From: Selaginella moellendorffii
Taxonomy: Eukaryota; Plantae; Lycopodiophyta
Length of the DNA stretch: 64,000 bases
Reading direction: 5' to 3'
Assembly: GCF_000143415.4 (NCBI RefSeq)
Contig: NW_003314371.1
Coordinates: 136,480 to 200,479, forward strand
The notes beneath the pieces were generated by a model. The model searched no databases and was not told the origin of the DNA. It saw nothing but the letters and a program-made list of their open reading frames with translations. A program made the position numbers and the translations under genes. This document shows positions 51,090 to 63,194 of this stretch, one piece after another. Every line of letters begins with the position of its first letter. Position 1 is the stretch's first letter.

Positions 51090-53559
51090 CTACATTCGAA
51101 AGTCTAGAACGCAAACAGTGTTGTTTGAGAAGCAAGCAGCGACTCTGTCACCTTCTTTGTTCCAACAGACCTCAAATATGCCGCCGCTGCCTTTGTAAGT
51201 CTTGAGCAAGTTCCCGTCCTTGACGGACCATATGTGCAAGCATTTGTCAAAGGAGCCACTGGCAAGGAACTCCCCGTTTGGGCTAAAGGCCACGGAGTAC
51301 ACGGGCTCACTGCACAGACACCCACAGCCGTTACTTAAGACACGCGAGCGCTGCAAGCGCTTACCTGTGTTGCGTCAAGCTGTAGAGTTGAATCCCTTGT
51401 TCAACGTCCCAGAGCCTGATAGTTGCATCGAACGAAGCGCTGGCACAAAAACAAACAAATGAAACGGGAAACGGAAACTATAACTATTTTACCTCGCTAG
51501 TACCAACTGTTGGTTCGGATTACTCGTCCCCGGACCGCTCGGACTCCACTTGATGGTGTATATTTCCTATAACGCTCAAGTCAGGCCGGAGTATGTCATA
51601 GATGGAAGCTTGCCTTCTTATGCTCCTTCAAGTCATGCACGCATTTTTCATGTTTCATGCTCCAAATCTAGATAAAGAAGAAAGTATGTCATCCAAGTCA
51701 CACTGATATAACATGGTATTCTCACCTTAGCTGTGTAATCATCCGAGCAAGAAGCAAGGAGGTTCCCGGTTGGATCCCATTTGATAGCATTCACCTCGTC
51801 CTGATCACACGCCAGAAGTCATTTAACCATTAGTGCTGAAGTTACAAACCTCGTGCCCCGCAAACTTCTTCACCGGTTTGGTTTCCCCTAGCTTGCAAAC
51901 GTAAATCATGTTGTCCGTGGAGCACGTCGCGAACGACATATTGTTCCGCCAATCGACGTCGAGTGTGGGGGCTAAAACAAGCATGCGGTTTCACGACTAG
52001 TGGAAAAGGAAATAATTGTGGTTTCGAACCTTCATGGTACTCAAACTGCTGTTTGACTTCACCAGTTTTAGCATCCCAAACGATTGCCGTTTTGTCTACA
52101 CTACCACTGAGAAGCAAATCGGCCTTTTTGTTCCATTTTAAAGAAAATATCGGTCCTTTGTGTTTGTTTAGCGTGTTTTTCAATTCCCCTGTAAGTGAAA
52201 AAAAGTAAATAGTCAATACATGCTTCAAACCCAAAATAACGTACCATCTTTGCTCCAGATCCTAGCTTGACCGTCGTATGATCCGGTTGCCAGCAACGTT
52301 CCTTCCGCCTTCACAGACAGGATGAGTCTTTTGGAGTCAGATGAAACGAAGCAGCTTACATTCCAGTCAAGAGTAGTCACGTCCTTGCTCTTTTCATTTG
52401 TTTTGCCCCTGAAATGTTTCAAAACAAGTGGCCGAGGTGCCGAGCTCTGAGCATTAACTCCGGAAGGACCATCAGCAATTGTCCATATCCGCGCTGTTGA
52501 ATCTCCAGAACTGGAGATGTCACACAACTAACTTAGTAAAAGACAGGTGAATCCGCCAGCCTTACCCAGATGCTAGGAGAGAACCTGTTGGGTTCCAAGC
52601 ACAGATGAAAACCTGGAGCGCTGAAAAAGTTTAAAAACAGCGCAAGACTGTAAAAATAAAAAGGAGCAAACCTCCGATCCGTGCCCCTCAAGAATTGTCA
52701 CTTGAGAAGCTGGAATCTCATTTACTGGATTGGTGGCGGCGACAGTAACATCCATGTCACCTGAAACACCTTGGCTTAGATACTGGGGGAAAATGTTCTC
52801 ATAGAAAAGGATGACCTTTATAAGGAAACAAAAACGAAACAAAACCAACCATAGAAAGATCATACTTTCATACGAGAGAAAGATTTACCTGAACTGCGAG
52901 GCTCTTCGATCTTCACTTTGACGTCGCCGCGCTCCTTGTCCCTCTCTCTTTCCTTATCCCTCTCTTTTTGCTCGCGGTCCCTCTCTCTCTCGGCGCGCTC
53001 TCGCTCCCTCTCTTGCTTCTCCCTCTCGCGCTCCCGCTCCTTCTCCCTCTCTTTCTCCCTCTCCTTCTCCCTCTCCTTCTCTATCTTTTCTCTCCGCTCC
53101 CTGATGAGCTGCCGCAGCTCCGCCACATCCTTGGTGAGCAGCTCCACCGGCTGGAGCAGGGAGAAATCGCCGTCCAGGTCTGTGTTATCCTGGCGTAGAG
53201 GATCAACCGTCAATCAATGCTGTTGAACGAGAGGAGCGTCACAAACTTCGACGAGTAAACGCAAACTCTCTGAAAGGATGATCACTCACATCATTGAGAT
53301 TGGCCTCCAGCTCCAGGTACTGGATCCCCTTCTGGACGAACGAGACCAGAGCACCTGGTGGCACGAGATTCCCGTCAATGCTCATCTTATTCAAGCTGGC
53401 TTCATACCCCAGCGTGAACGCCGTGTGCGTGAAACCTGCCAGGGTTCGGTCTCCTTGCGTGTGATCTAGCGCTGGCGCTGGCGGCGCCGGAGGCTTACCT
53501 GATTCGTGGAGATAGCGAAAGACGAGATAGTTGAGCTCCACCGAAGTGATGATCGCCAT
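51090..53559 (-). CDS. HOS15: LisH/WD40 protein HOS15 (TBL1-like HDAC co-repressor subunit), multi-exon
   Basis: [34 protein letters not shown]-rich linker, [10 protein letters not shown]-terminal [31 protein letters not shown]. Confidence 0.93.
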
Positions 53560-53641
53560 AGCCCCAGCGCCCAAAAATTAGGGCTCCAAACTTTAGGGTT
53601 CTTCGCGACGAAGAACCCTAAATCTTGCTCCAGCCAATTCG
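53560..53641. promoter_or_regulatory. 82-bp divergent start-to-start region with opposed telo-boxes
   Basis: TTTAGGGTT (~53592) and AACCCTAAA (~53614) lie between the HOS15 and GNAT start codons. Telo-box-like AACCCTA motifs also occur near gene starts at ~33127, 36331, 39686, 42746, 42841, 47090 and 47177. Confidence 0.65.
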
Positions 53642-54208
53642 ATGCTCACGCTCAGGGAATTCCGGGCCAGCGACATCGACGACATGATGGAATGGGCGAT
53701 GGACGACGCGGTTACCGAGTTCCTCGTGTGGGAGACCTACACGTCCAGGGACGCGGCGGTGGAGTTCTTCCACGCATTCATCGTGCCGCACCCGTGGTTC
53801 CGCGCGATCTGCTGGGCCGACGTCGCGATCGGCTCGCTCTCGCTCACGCCGGGCTCGGGGATCCACGCCTGCCGCGCCGAGCTGGGTTACGTTCTCGCGC
53901 GCCGCTACTGGGGCCGCGGGATTATGACCGCGGCCGTGACAGCGGCGGTGGAACAGGGATTCCGGGAGCTCCAATCCATCGCGCGCATCGAGGCGATCGT
54001 CTTCCGGGAGAATGCGGCATCGCAGCGGGTGCTGATCAAGGCTGGATTCGCGAGCACGGGGCTGCAGCGCAGCTACGTGATCGTCAAGAACAAGCTCAGG
54101 GATTGTTACGTGTTTGAGATGGTCAGGGAGGAATCCTCGTCGCTGGGATCGTCGCTGGGTCACGACATGGAAGAAGAAGGCGAAGCTATCGAGCTAGAGG
54201 ATCGATAG
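53642..54208 (+). CDS. GNAT acetyltransferase, RimJ/RimL type
   Basis: LTLREF, RAELGYVLARRYWGRGIMTAAV, ENAASQRVLIKAGF. Confidence 0.93.
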   Translation: MLTLREFRASDIDDMMEWAMDDAVTEFLVWETYTSRDAAVEFFHAFIVPHPWFRAICWADVAIGSLSLTPGSGIHACRAELGYVLARRYWGRGIMTAAVTAAVEQGFRELQSIARIEAIVFRENAASQRVLIKAGFASTGLQRSYVIVKNKLRDCYVFEMVREESSSLGSSLGHDMEEEGEAIELEDR

Positions 54209-54564
54209 CATCTACAATTTGGCTGGAGAGGTGGCGTGGTGGAGTGGTCCAAAAAGGCTTCCTGGGAAAGGGGGGAGAGAGGATTGACCCAAGAGCTTTA
54301 CTGTTTCCGCGTTACACCAGTCAGCGGCGGCACGGCCGGGAGGAGGATTTTTCCTGCGACTATTGGGGCCATATCAATCTTCCAGAGCCACTGTGCTGGC
54401 GAGCGAGCGATCGAGCGAGCAGCGGCTAAGTCTTCCTAGAGGTATAGATCGTCTTCCTCCACTAGTTTAGTAGCCATAGTGGTACGCTAGATTCGAACGT
54501 CTTTCAACCAGATCGCTACTGGGGCTTCGAGGGTCGATCCAGATCGCTCTTGGGCAGCAGCAGG

Positions 54565-55566
54565 ATGTCGCTGGTACGCAGCAAAAAGCCTCCAAATCTC
54601 CAGCTCCTGCGAGCTCCGTCCTCCTCAGCTCCAGGGGCACACCGGCTTCCACTCCCTCCAGCAGATGCGACCAGGGGATTGAAGCTCCCGGAGATTGCCA
54701 AGGACGAGGTGGGAGGCGGCCAGGTCTCGCTGGAGGATCTCGAGAAGAGGGAGATTCTCGGACAGGGAAGCGGTGGCAAAGTCTACAAGGTGGTGCACGT
54801 ACGCACCGGCGTCGTCTACGCGCTCAAGACGATCCATCCCAAGACGGACGCGGCCATCACCAAGCAGATCAAGCGCGAGAAGGAGATAAGCATGCGTTCC
54901 AAGGCGCCGTATGTGGTGCAGTGCTACGGCGTTTTCGACAAGGGCGGGGAGATCTCGCTGGTGCTCGAGTACATGGACGGCGGGACGCTCGCTCACGTCC
55001 TCAAGCGCCACCCCAGGATCGAGGAGCCGTACCTCGCCACCATCACGCAGTACGTGCTCAAGGGGCTGCTCTACTTGCACTCGAACAAGATCGTCCACCG
55101 GGACATCAAGCCTTCCAACTTGCTGCTCAACAGCAAAGGCGAGGTGAAGATCGCCGACTTTGGCGTGAGCACGGAGCTGGCCAGCACTTTCGCCGAGTGT
55201 AACACCTTCGTGGGGACGTGCGCGTACATGAGCCCCGAGAGATTCAAGCTCCACGAAGCTCGCGGGGGATTCAACTACTCGGCGGACATCTGGAGCCTGG
55301 GACTGGTGCTGCTCCAGTGCGCGCTCGGCTACTTTCCATACCTCTCTCACGGCCAGGAGGCGGACTGGATGACGCTTATGTGCAACATCTGCGAGTGGGA
55401 GGTGCCAAGTCCCCCCGAAGGAACTTCGCTCGAGTTCCAGGACCTGGTGAAAGCTTGCCTCCAGAAGGAGCCGGCGTGTCGACCGAATGCGTTCCAGCTC
55501 CTCCAGCACCCGTTTCTAAAGAAGTACGAGGCTTCGCCTTACAGCCTCCAGCGATATCTCAGGTGA
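54565..55566 (+). CDS. Mitogen-activated protein kinase kinase (intronless, group C/D-like)
   Basis: Docking site KKPPNLQL, GQGSGGKV, HRDIKPSNLL, DFGVS, T-x5-T loop (TFAECNT), VGTCAYMSPER. Confidence 0.94.
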   Translation: MSLVRSKKPPNLQLLRAPSSSAPGAHRLPLPPADATRGLKLPEIAKDEVGGGQVSLEDLEKREILGQGSGGKVYKVVHVRTGVVYALKTIHPKTDAAITKQIKREKEISMRSKAPYVVQCYGVFDKGGEISLVLEYMDGGTLAHVLKRHPRIEEPYLATITQYVLKGLLYLHSNKIVHRDIKPSNLLLNSKGEVKIADFGVSTELASTFAECNTFVGTCAYMSPERFKLHEARGGFNYSADIWSLGLVLLQCALGYFPYLSHGQEADWMTLMCNICEWEVPSPPEGTSLEFQDLVKACLQKEPACRPNAFQLLQHPFLKKYEASPYSLQRYLR

Positions 55567-56779
55567 TCTTCTCGGCGATTCTCGGTAAGAAAGACAAACC
55601 TTGTGATTGGTTTTTGTGAGAGTCGCACTCACAAACAGTGGTTCCTTCGGGGATTAAGACTTGCTACTTTACTCATTCATGGTGACAGCTCCGCTTCGCG
55701 TCTTCCCTGACTGGGTCCGAAAGGGAAGAGCCATATGAATGACTTTCATCGTAAACGTCATACTCTCAACAGCTCGTTGTCTTGGAGAAATTGCAGTCTC
55801 CGTGCCGAGCACGGATAGTTTCTGCTTCACTCGAAATGCAGCATCTTTACGTCCAGAGTTTCTCTTTTTAGTTTCGTCTGCCTCTTACCGGACCGTAAAA
55901 CCGCGTCAAGTTCCGATCATGTTACAAACTGGTGTTTCTTTGTGAACGAGCTCTGTGCAAACCTTTTTCGTTAAGCTAATAGAATCCCAGTGTAAGTAAG
56001 GACGATGTAAATTTTGCGTGGCTTCACCATAATGAAATTTATGAGATGCAATGGTCTTATCATATGTACAACTAGTCCCAAACATGATCTCGGGATAGTG
56101 TAAAGCCTCTAGCAGTCGCGAGTTTGTCCACCATAAACCGTTTAGACGTTCCACAATCCAAGTATGTTTATCTGGTATGTAATGCACATACCAGCAAGTG
56201 AGCTGCCTTCCCCTGCTCTCTCTGGCAATCACATCCTTCAGGTAACTAACTTCAGTAGCCAGAGCCTTGCCAAACTGTAGGTGGACATGGCTTTTACAAT
56301 GTGTATCTTGATAGACTTTTCGTCTCCAGCTCCCTGTGCTTGGAATCCCTTGAAATCAAAACTCTTGAAAAGGATCAAGCATCGGTTCCCCTTCTGCTTG
56401 GCTTCTACCAACACCGAGTAGTTGTTACAAGTGTTCTCCAGAACGAACTTCGTGCTGAGCAGCAGAACTTCCAACAGCCATACATACTCAAGAACTTCAA
56501 CGTGCTGCTGGAGACGACTGACATTGATATAGTTGAAAGCCAACTGCAGCGCCTCAATGAATGACTTGACAGCCGAAAGCGCAACACGAGGAACCATGCG
56601 TGAATCCTTCAACACCACTTGTAGCAGGAGGCCGGAGCTGATGGTCACAGACAGACATGGCACCCCGGCGGATGATGTCTCTACATAGAAGTCCGTGGAT
56701 GAGTCGACCGCAGCGAAGTTGCGCGGGCGCACGATGCGAATACCTCTTTCATTGCTCCCTCTTCATTGCGAGTTACATT

Positions 56780-57400
56780 TGTCAGTGCAAAGTTGACGAG
56801 GTTTTTCTTTTTTTATTTTCTATCCTCGATTTTATGAGACCATTTCCCACTTGGGTTGCCATTCGCTGAAGCTGCGAGGTATGAAAGCTGGCAAACGCGA
56901 TCCACACCGTGTTGGATTTTTGCTATTTGGAATTCTTCCATTTTTATTTTTTTTCCCACAGCAGCAGTTTTGCTGGAGCTCAAACTCGATGTTTGGTTGG
57001 GATAGATCGAGCTCTTGGAATAATGAATCAAAGGAAAGAGCTGTTCGAACAACCAGATCCTAAGCTTGAATTTGTATTTTGTGGAGTGTGGAAGAATGAA
57101 GAACAGTGGTTTTCGTTCAGCTAACCTGGTCTCCTTCCTTCAAAGTGGGCGGACTAGCAGAAACCTCTTATAAAAATCTCAAGAACAAATCGCTCGATGA
57201 TCAATCAATCGTATTCTGTGCTTGCCAGCGAGATCTTCTCGGGTCAATGTGGGCAGATAAAAACACGAAAAGTAGGATAGTCTTTTGTACGTTTCACTTC
57301 GCACCACGTTAAAACGAAAAGCTTGGAGCTTTCGACCTGTTGTTTAACCAACCTATCATTGCCAGTGACAAGGCCGTCGCGTGTTTCGTGGCATGTCAGA
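56780..57400. repeat. Diverged copy of the extensin upstream region (59450-60220)
   Basis: Shared blocks such as ATGAATCAAAGGAAAGAGCTGTTCGAACAA, GAAGAATGAAGAACAGTGGTTTTC and CTTGCCAGCGAGATCTTCTCGGGTCAATGTGG. Confidence 0.8.
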
Positions 57401-58474
57401 GCGTGCGCTGGTTGATCACAAGCCCGACTTTGATCAAAACATGGCACGGAGTTTCAATTCAACAATTCCCGCTGGCCAATCCAGACCTCCCAACAAACAG
57501 TTTCGATGGATTCCATCGAGATCGATCGGAGGGCAACTTAGAAGAATCTTATAGGAGTCGGAAGAGACGCCAATTTACAACACCAGAGAATGCTTTGGTC
57601 ATTCGAACTCTCTTCATGATAAAATCTTTCCAATTCTCTTCTTCGTGACTGACTGAAGCAATCAAAAAAAATTAGGAAAGAAGAACAAAAGGAAGAATCG
57701 TATGATATTCGTCCATTATAATGCGTGCTATGGCTGGCTCTCAAATGTTGAATGTTTGGTTTGTTCCCCTTCGCATCGCTATTCGTACAGTCACTTTCGA
57801 TCAGACATTTTCTCTGTGCGCTGCTGTAGCTGATTGAAAAATTAAATCTTCCACCATGTAGCTCGCGGCAGAGTTTGAGAGGGATGTGGAACACTGTCAT
57901 CCACAGACCTGTGATGCCAAAGAGAAGCGTTGCAAACGTTTGATCCACATAGGCGAACCTGAGAGGGATTTTCTCGACTTTGGAGAGCTCTTGGACAACT
58001 TATGATATTGAACTATATAAAGAAAGGAACATAAGGATGTTGTTTTTCACTTGCAGGACAATCTTCACAGCGAGCATGGATTAAAAGTTTTCAAATTTTT
58101 AAACAAAAATCCAGCTAGCTGTATGGAAGAACTTGTCAGTTTTGCTTTCTAGACAAGTGCAATGGAAATTCACAAGTTTGAGTTGCAGTTGGACTCTTGC
58201 ATGTTTTTCCACACCGTGTTGGGGACTCTTGTGTGGATCACTGTTGGCAAATCGATTAAGTTTGTCATGTTTCCCTTCCCTTTGTGATGCTCAGAAGATT
58301 GCCTTTTATTTATTTCATATGATCAAAATAATGATTCACACAACATTTGCCAGTGCCCGTCCCGCTCAAACAAGATCGTCCAACATTGCTCGAGCAAGAG
58401 AAAAACAGCAACTGCATGCGCTCGCTCAAATATTTCTCTCTTTCCCAGAATGAACATTCTGTGTTCCAATACGC

Positions 58475-59188
58475 TTAGTAGTGGTATGGAGGTGGTGGAG
58501 ATTTGTACTTGTACACCGGAGGAGGTGGAGAATACACTGGCGGAGGTGGGGATTTGTACTTGTACACTGGAGGTGGTGGGGAGTAAACCGGAGGTGGCGG
58601 AGACTTGTATTTGTACACTGGTGGAGGCGGGCTGTGAACCGGGGGTGGTGGAGATTTGTACTTGTAAACCGGTGGTGGTGGGCTGTGAACTGGGGGTGGC
58701 GGAGACTTGTATTTGTAAACTGGTGGTGGTGGGCTGTAAACCGGGGGTGGTGGAGATTTGTACTTGTAAACCGGTGGTGGTGGGCTGTGAACTGGGGGTG
58801 GCGGAGACTTGTATTTGTAAACTGGCGGTGGTGGGCTGTAAACCGGTGGAGGTGGAGATTTGTACTTGTACACTGGAGGAGGAGGTGAGTACACGGGTGG
58901 TGGTGGGGATTTGTATTTGTAGACGGGTGGAGGAGGCGAGTGCACTGGTGGTGGTGGGGATTTGTATTTGTAGACAGGCGGAGGTGGCGAGTACACTGGC
59001 GGTGGCGGGGACTTGTATTTGTACACCGGTGGAGGTGGCGACTTCACTGGTGGAGGCGGGGATTTGTAGTAGTATGTTGGCGGTGGCGGGGAAGCGTATT
59101 TGTAAACCGGCGGCTCATTGGCGCCCGCGAGAGCGGCCAGTGTCACACCCACAAAGAAGACGACGAGCATTGGGCTCGGCCCCATCAT
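58475..59188 (-). CDS. Extensin (hydroxyproline-rich cell wall glycoprotein)
   Basis: Signal peptide followed by SPPPPVYKYK and SPPPPV(Y/H) repeats. Confidence 0.96.
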   Translation of the reverse strand: MMGPSPMLVVFFVGVTLAALAGANEPPVYKYASPPPPTYYYKSPPPPVKSPPPPVYKYKSPPPPVYSPPPPVYKYKSPPPPVHSPPPPVYKYKSPPPPVYSPPPPVYKYKSPPPPVYSPPPPVYKYKSPPPPVHSPPPPVYKYKSPPPPVYSPPPPVYKYKSPPPPVHSPPPPVYKYKSPPPPVHSPPPPVYKYKSPPPPVYSPPPPVYKYKSPPPPVYSPPPPVYKYKSPPPPYHY

Positions 59189-62059
59189 CCTTGGATCAAT
59201 CGACCACTATAAGCTACTTGCGACTCAATCGCCCAAACCAATGCTATCTAGATTTCAAGAGCGCGATACCAATTTCCCCTCTCAAATCTCTCTTGCGGAG
59301 GAGAGAAGAGAAGAAGAGCTAGTTAGAATGGAAGAATGGAGCACCGGAGGAGGGCTTTTTATACTGCCTGCTTTCGCTCGAAGCACTTACTGGCTCTGGA
59401 GCCGAGTTACTAAAATAGCATTTCTTAAAACGCATGGACGGTGTAGACGGAGCGCAAAGTTGACCGGGTTTCTTCGATTCACTCTGTGAACAACTGGTTA
59501 AACGAAAACAACACGGTGGAAGTGGGGTCTCGTTGCCAGCTTTCAAAAGAAGTTTCAAAGAGAATGGCCAAATGGGAAATGGTCTCATCTCCAAAACAAA
59601 CTAATCTCTAGACTTTTTGTTTGGGTTCCCAGAGCAGCAGTTTTGCTCAAACTCGTTGTTTGGTGGTCAGTCCGAGTCGCGTTTGGCGGAGCGCAGCGAC
59701 TTGCACAACTTTCTTGCTCTTTGTTTATTTGTTTTCGCCATCTTTGCATGTCGATAGAGTTTCAATGACTCGAGCTCTGGGAAGAATGAATCAAAGGAAA
59801 GAGCTGTTCGAACAACTAAATCCTCTTGAAATGCGCGAGCTTGAAAAATTTGCAAAAGGGAAGAAACTGTTGAAGCAAGTGCGATTTGTACACATGGATG
59901 TTCTCCACGAGTGAAGTGAAAAACTATTTGTCCTTGTGTGGAAGAATGAAGAACAGTGGTTTTCATTCAGCTAACCTGGTCTCTTTCCTTCAAAGTGACG
60001 TCCAGATTCGAGCGGACCAGCAGAAAACTCTTAGAAAACTCTCACGAACAAATCGCTCGACGATCAATCAATCGTATTCTTTACTTGCCAGCGAGATCTT
60101 CTCGGGTCAATGTGGGGCGCTGGGCCGAGGTAAAAACACGAACAATTTCACTGTGAAATCCGTGACTTTTTTACACCACGCTACTTTCCCATCATCGCAT
60201 GTTTCGTGGCATGTCAGAGTGACAGAAGCTCATTTACAGGCTCCCTACGTAGCTCTTGCTCCATGACTATCACGAAGCAAGATGATTACCTTGGCCTCTC
60301 TCCAAGCTGTAAGACACGACCGATTTACAGGCGATTGTACGAAGTTACTTTGTCTTTGGTAACTCAAAGAATCACATGCAGGCTTGCTTCCAATGGACGT
60401 TTATTCTCGTCCTTCAAATCTTGACTTGACAATGTTGCTGCTGCTTCTGCTGTTGCATTCGGTCACGATGATTGCGTGCTTGGCAAAGATAGAACTCCAT
60501 TCCCTGCAAAACTGACAAGCCATTGAGTTTTTTCAGTAAGTCCTTTAAAATATAGTGTTATATTATGGTTTATGTCGAAAATGGTAAGTGGTTTTTGGAA
60601 GAGTTTAAACAAGTTTTCAAGCTGGACGCCACTACATGGTGAAGATGACCGGCATTGGATTCAGCTATGTGATCTTGCCAGAATTTCAATTAGCTACAGC
60701 AGTGCAGAGAGGAAACTTTTCATTTCATCTGATTGAAAGGGGTCTTTGTGACAAAAACATTTTACTGAAGCTATCGAAAATTTTAGAAACGAAGAAGAAG
60801 AATCGTCTCAAATTTGTCCATTATACGTGCTATGGCTGGCTCTCGAACGTTGATCGCATCGATATCCATACAGTCATGAGCAGCTGCCACCATGGAAAGA
60901 GTGAACGAAGTTGAAAAGACGAAAGAGCGGCCTCTAGATTGCAACAGCAATTTCCACTTGCAACTGCTGCTTGAGAAACGATTGAGAGAAGTTAAAAAAT
61001 CATGTCAGACCTGGTAGCAATGAAACCACCCTAACAACCACTCCATTTTCACCACAGATCAAAGATTCGTGGAGGTATCTCCAGTTTTAGAACACTCTTT
61101 GGATCTGGAGATGATACACATCGTCGATAACCAGAAAAAAGTTATACTTATCCTACAGTTGAACCAGCTTACTACACCAAAGACCAATTCAGAGCTTTGA
61201 GGTTGATAGGAGAGATGAGATACTTGTCAGTAATGACAACTTTCCTTTCAACTTTAAGATCTGCATGAGACAAAAACGCATAAGTCAACAGAGGACAAGA
61301 ATGCTTTCTCATGTTATTATAGATCTATATATATTACTAGGGACATTGCTAGCAATAGTGGTTTCTCTGTGCTTGCTTATCTTAGTGTTCATGAAGTTTC
61401 CTTCCACATTTTCAGTGCACTACCTTATAATGAAAAGTGAATGTGGAGAGTAGGAAAAGAGTGAGTGCCGAACATGCTAAACTACCTTTCCCAAGTCAAA
61501 GGCCATTTTGTTCCGGTATGGAAAATATTGAATAGTGGGGAGAGAGGAAGCACCAAAGAGAGAATTAAGTTATTTCTACCACGAAGCTAGCAAGAAGAAA
61601 AAGGAGGCAAGAATCCAAAAACACCAAGTGTAATGGTTTATTTAAGAGGCTCCAAAGCAAGAAGTGCTCTAGGACCAAGCATAATCATTATTGAAATGAT
61701 GTTAAAGGGTTAGAATGTGCTCGTAACCAAGAAAAAGTCAAGGTTTTTGTTGTTTTAAACTAAGTGTGATTAAATAATAGGGATTAGTAATAATTATAAG
61801 GCTTAGGGTATGAAATACAAAAAAGGGTTTGGTGGAAAGTAAAAAGTGTGATAAAGAATAACAATAGCATTGTTGAAGAGGTCAATGTCGAAGAGGATGA
61901 ACTCTTAGATGGCCGTAGTGACAATTAATATCGAAGTGTAGGGAGGTTTAAATCTCTAGGCAATAATGGTTTTTCCGTGGTGTTTGTGGAGTTTCCCTCC
62001 ACATACTAATATTCTGTATACTCCTTTCTAGGTTGGTCATTGACGGTGTCCAGGTGGCT

Positions 62060-62380
62060 CAAAATTATTTAGAATTATTGGATAAGATTTTGTCATTTTG
62101 GATTGTCAATTATTATTGAATAATTTTGGTTGAACATTTTTATTGGATTTTTTGAGAATCATTGGATAATTTTTGTCAAGCTTTGCATATCAAAATTATT
62201 GGATAATTTTTGTAGAGAATTTTGTTTGAAAATTGTTGAATAGTTTTTGTTGAGCTTTTTGTATTGGAATTGTCAAGAATTATTAGATAATTTTTGTTTT
62301 TTAGATAAAAACTTTCATATTGGAATTTTAGAGATTTTCTGGATTAAATTTTTTGTCACTTTTTGGACTTTTTGAATCTG
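62060..62380. repeat. Degenerate AT-rich tandem repeat (AATTATTGGATAATTTTTG-like)
   Basis: The motif recurs about 6-8 times. Confidence 0.6.
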
Positions 62381-63194
62381 CTTTTTAGTTACACCACTGT
62401 TGAAAATGTTATGCAATAGGAAAATTTAATTGAGAGACAGCCTCATGGCAAACAAGAATGGAACTTCCACTATTCTTCTTCAACGTTTCCACCAACTTCG
62501 TGGTGGTAGGATAAATCCTTTGGGCAACTTATTCATATCTGGAGCTCTGTGAGTTTGTGGAGGACAATACCTACTTTTAGATGAGTAATGAATGAAGAGA
62601 CCATATCTATACTTCTTACGTTCTAGCAAGCCACAGACTAGTTTGATATGGATATATTCCTTTAGCTGAAAAACTACCTTACCACTCTTGACTGATGTGT
62701 TAGTGCATGATATAAAGTCAATCATACTATATTTTCTCAAGGCAAATTACTCATTGTTTAGCATAATGGATGCATCACATCCATGAAAATGATATGAACC
62801 AGGCTTTTCTTTCATGACTATCATGTGAATGTAAGTAAAGTTTTCAGATTATAAAGATTCTTTCAATGCCTAAAAGCCATTATTAATAAATGTATGTGTT
62901 AATATTTTATTGTTGATTTTGCCTTTCTTTGTACATTGTAGAACATCTAGAGTCATGACTTATTGAAAGAAAAATTAAATTTGTGCTCAAAATTCTGAAA
63001 TTTCATGGAAGCTAGCTTAGTACATTTTTAATATATAAGTGTTTACAGTCCACTTATGGCCAAACTAAGGAGCAAAGGACCCTACTCCTACATGCATGCA
63101 ATACATTTTAACTCTCTCGTGTCCCTCTAGTCAATGATTTTGATTTTCATTGCCATGAGCTTGAGCAGGGGTGTTAGCTATAAGGGCTATATAC

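Noticed and set aside
49473-55566. Biosynthetic gene cluster (P450 + GNAT)
   Set aside because: No scaffold-forming enzyme, and the neighbours are unrelated housekeeping and signalling genes.
55906-56732. Two minus-strand ORFs (108 and 164 aa) as a real gene
   Set aside because: No recognisable motif or convincing exon chain, so left unannotated.
58450-59322. Cys/Val-rich 290-aa plus-strand ORF (and 63647..63988)
   Set aside because: Antisense reading of the extensin repeats.
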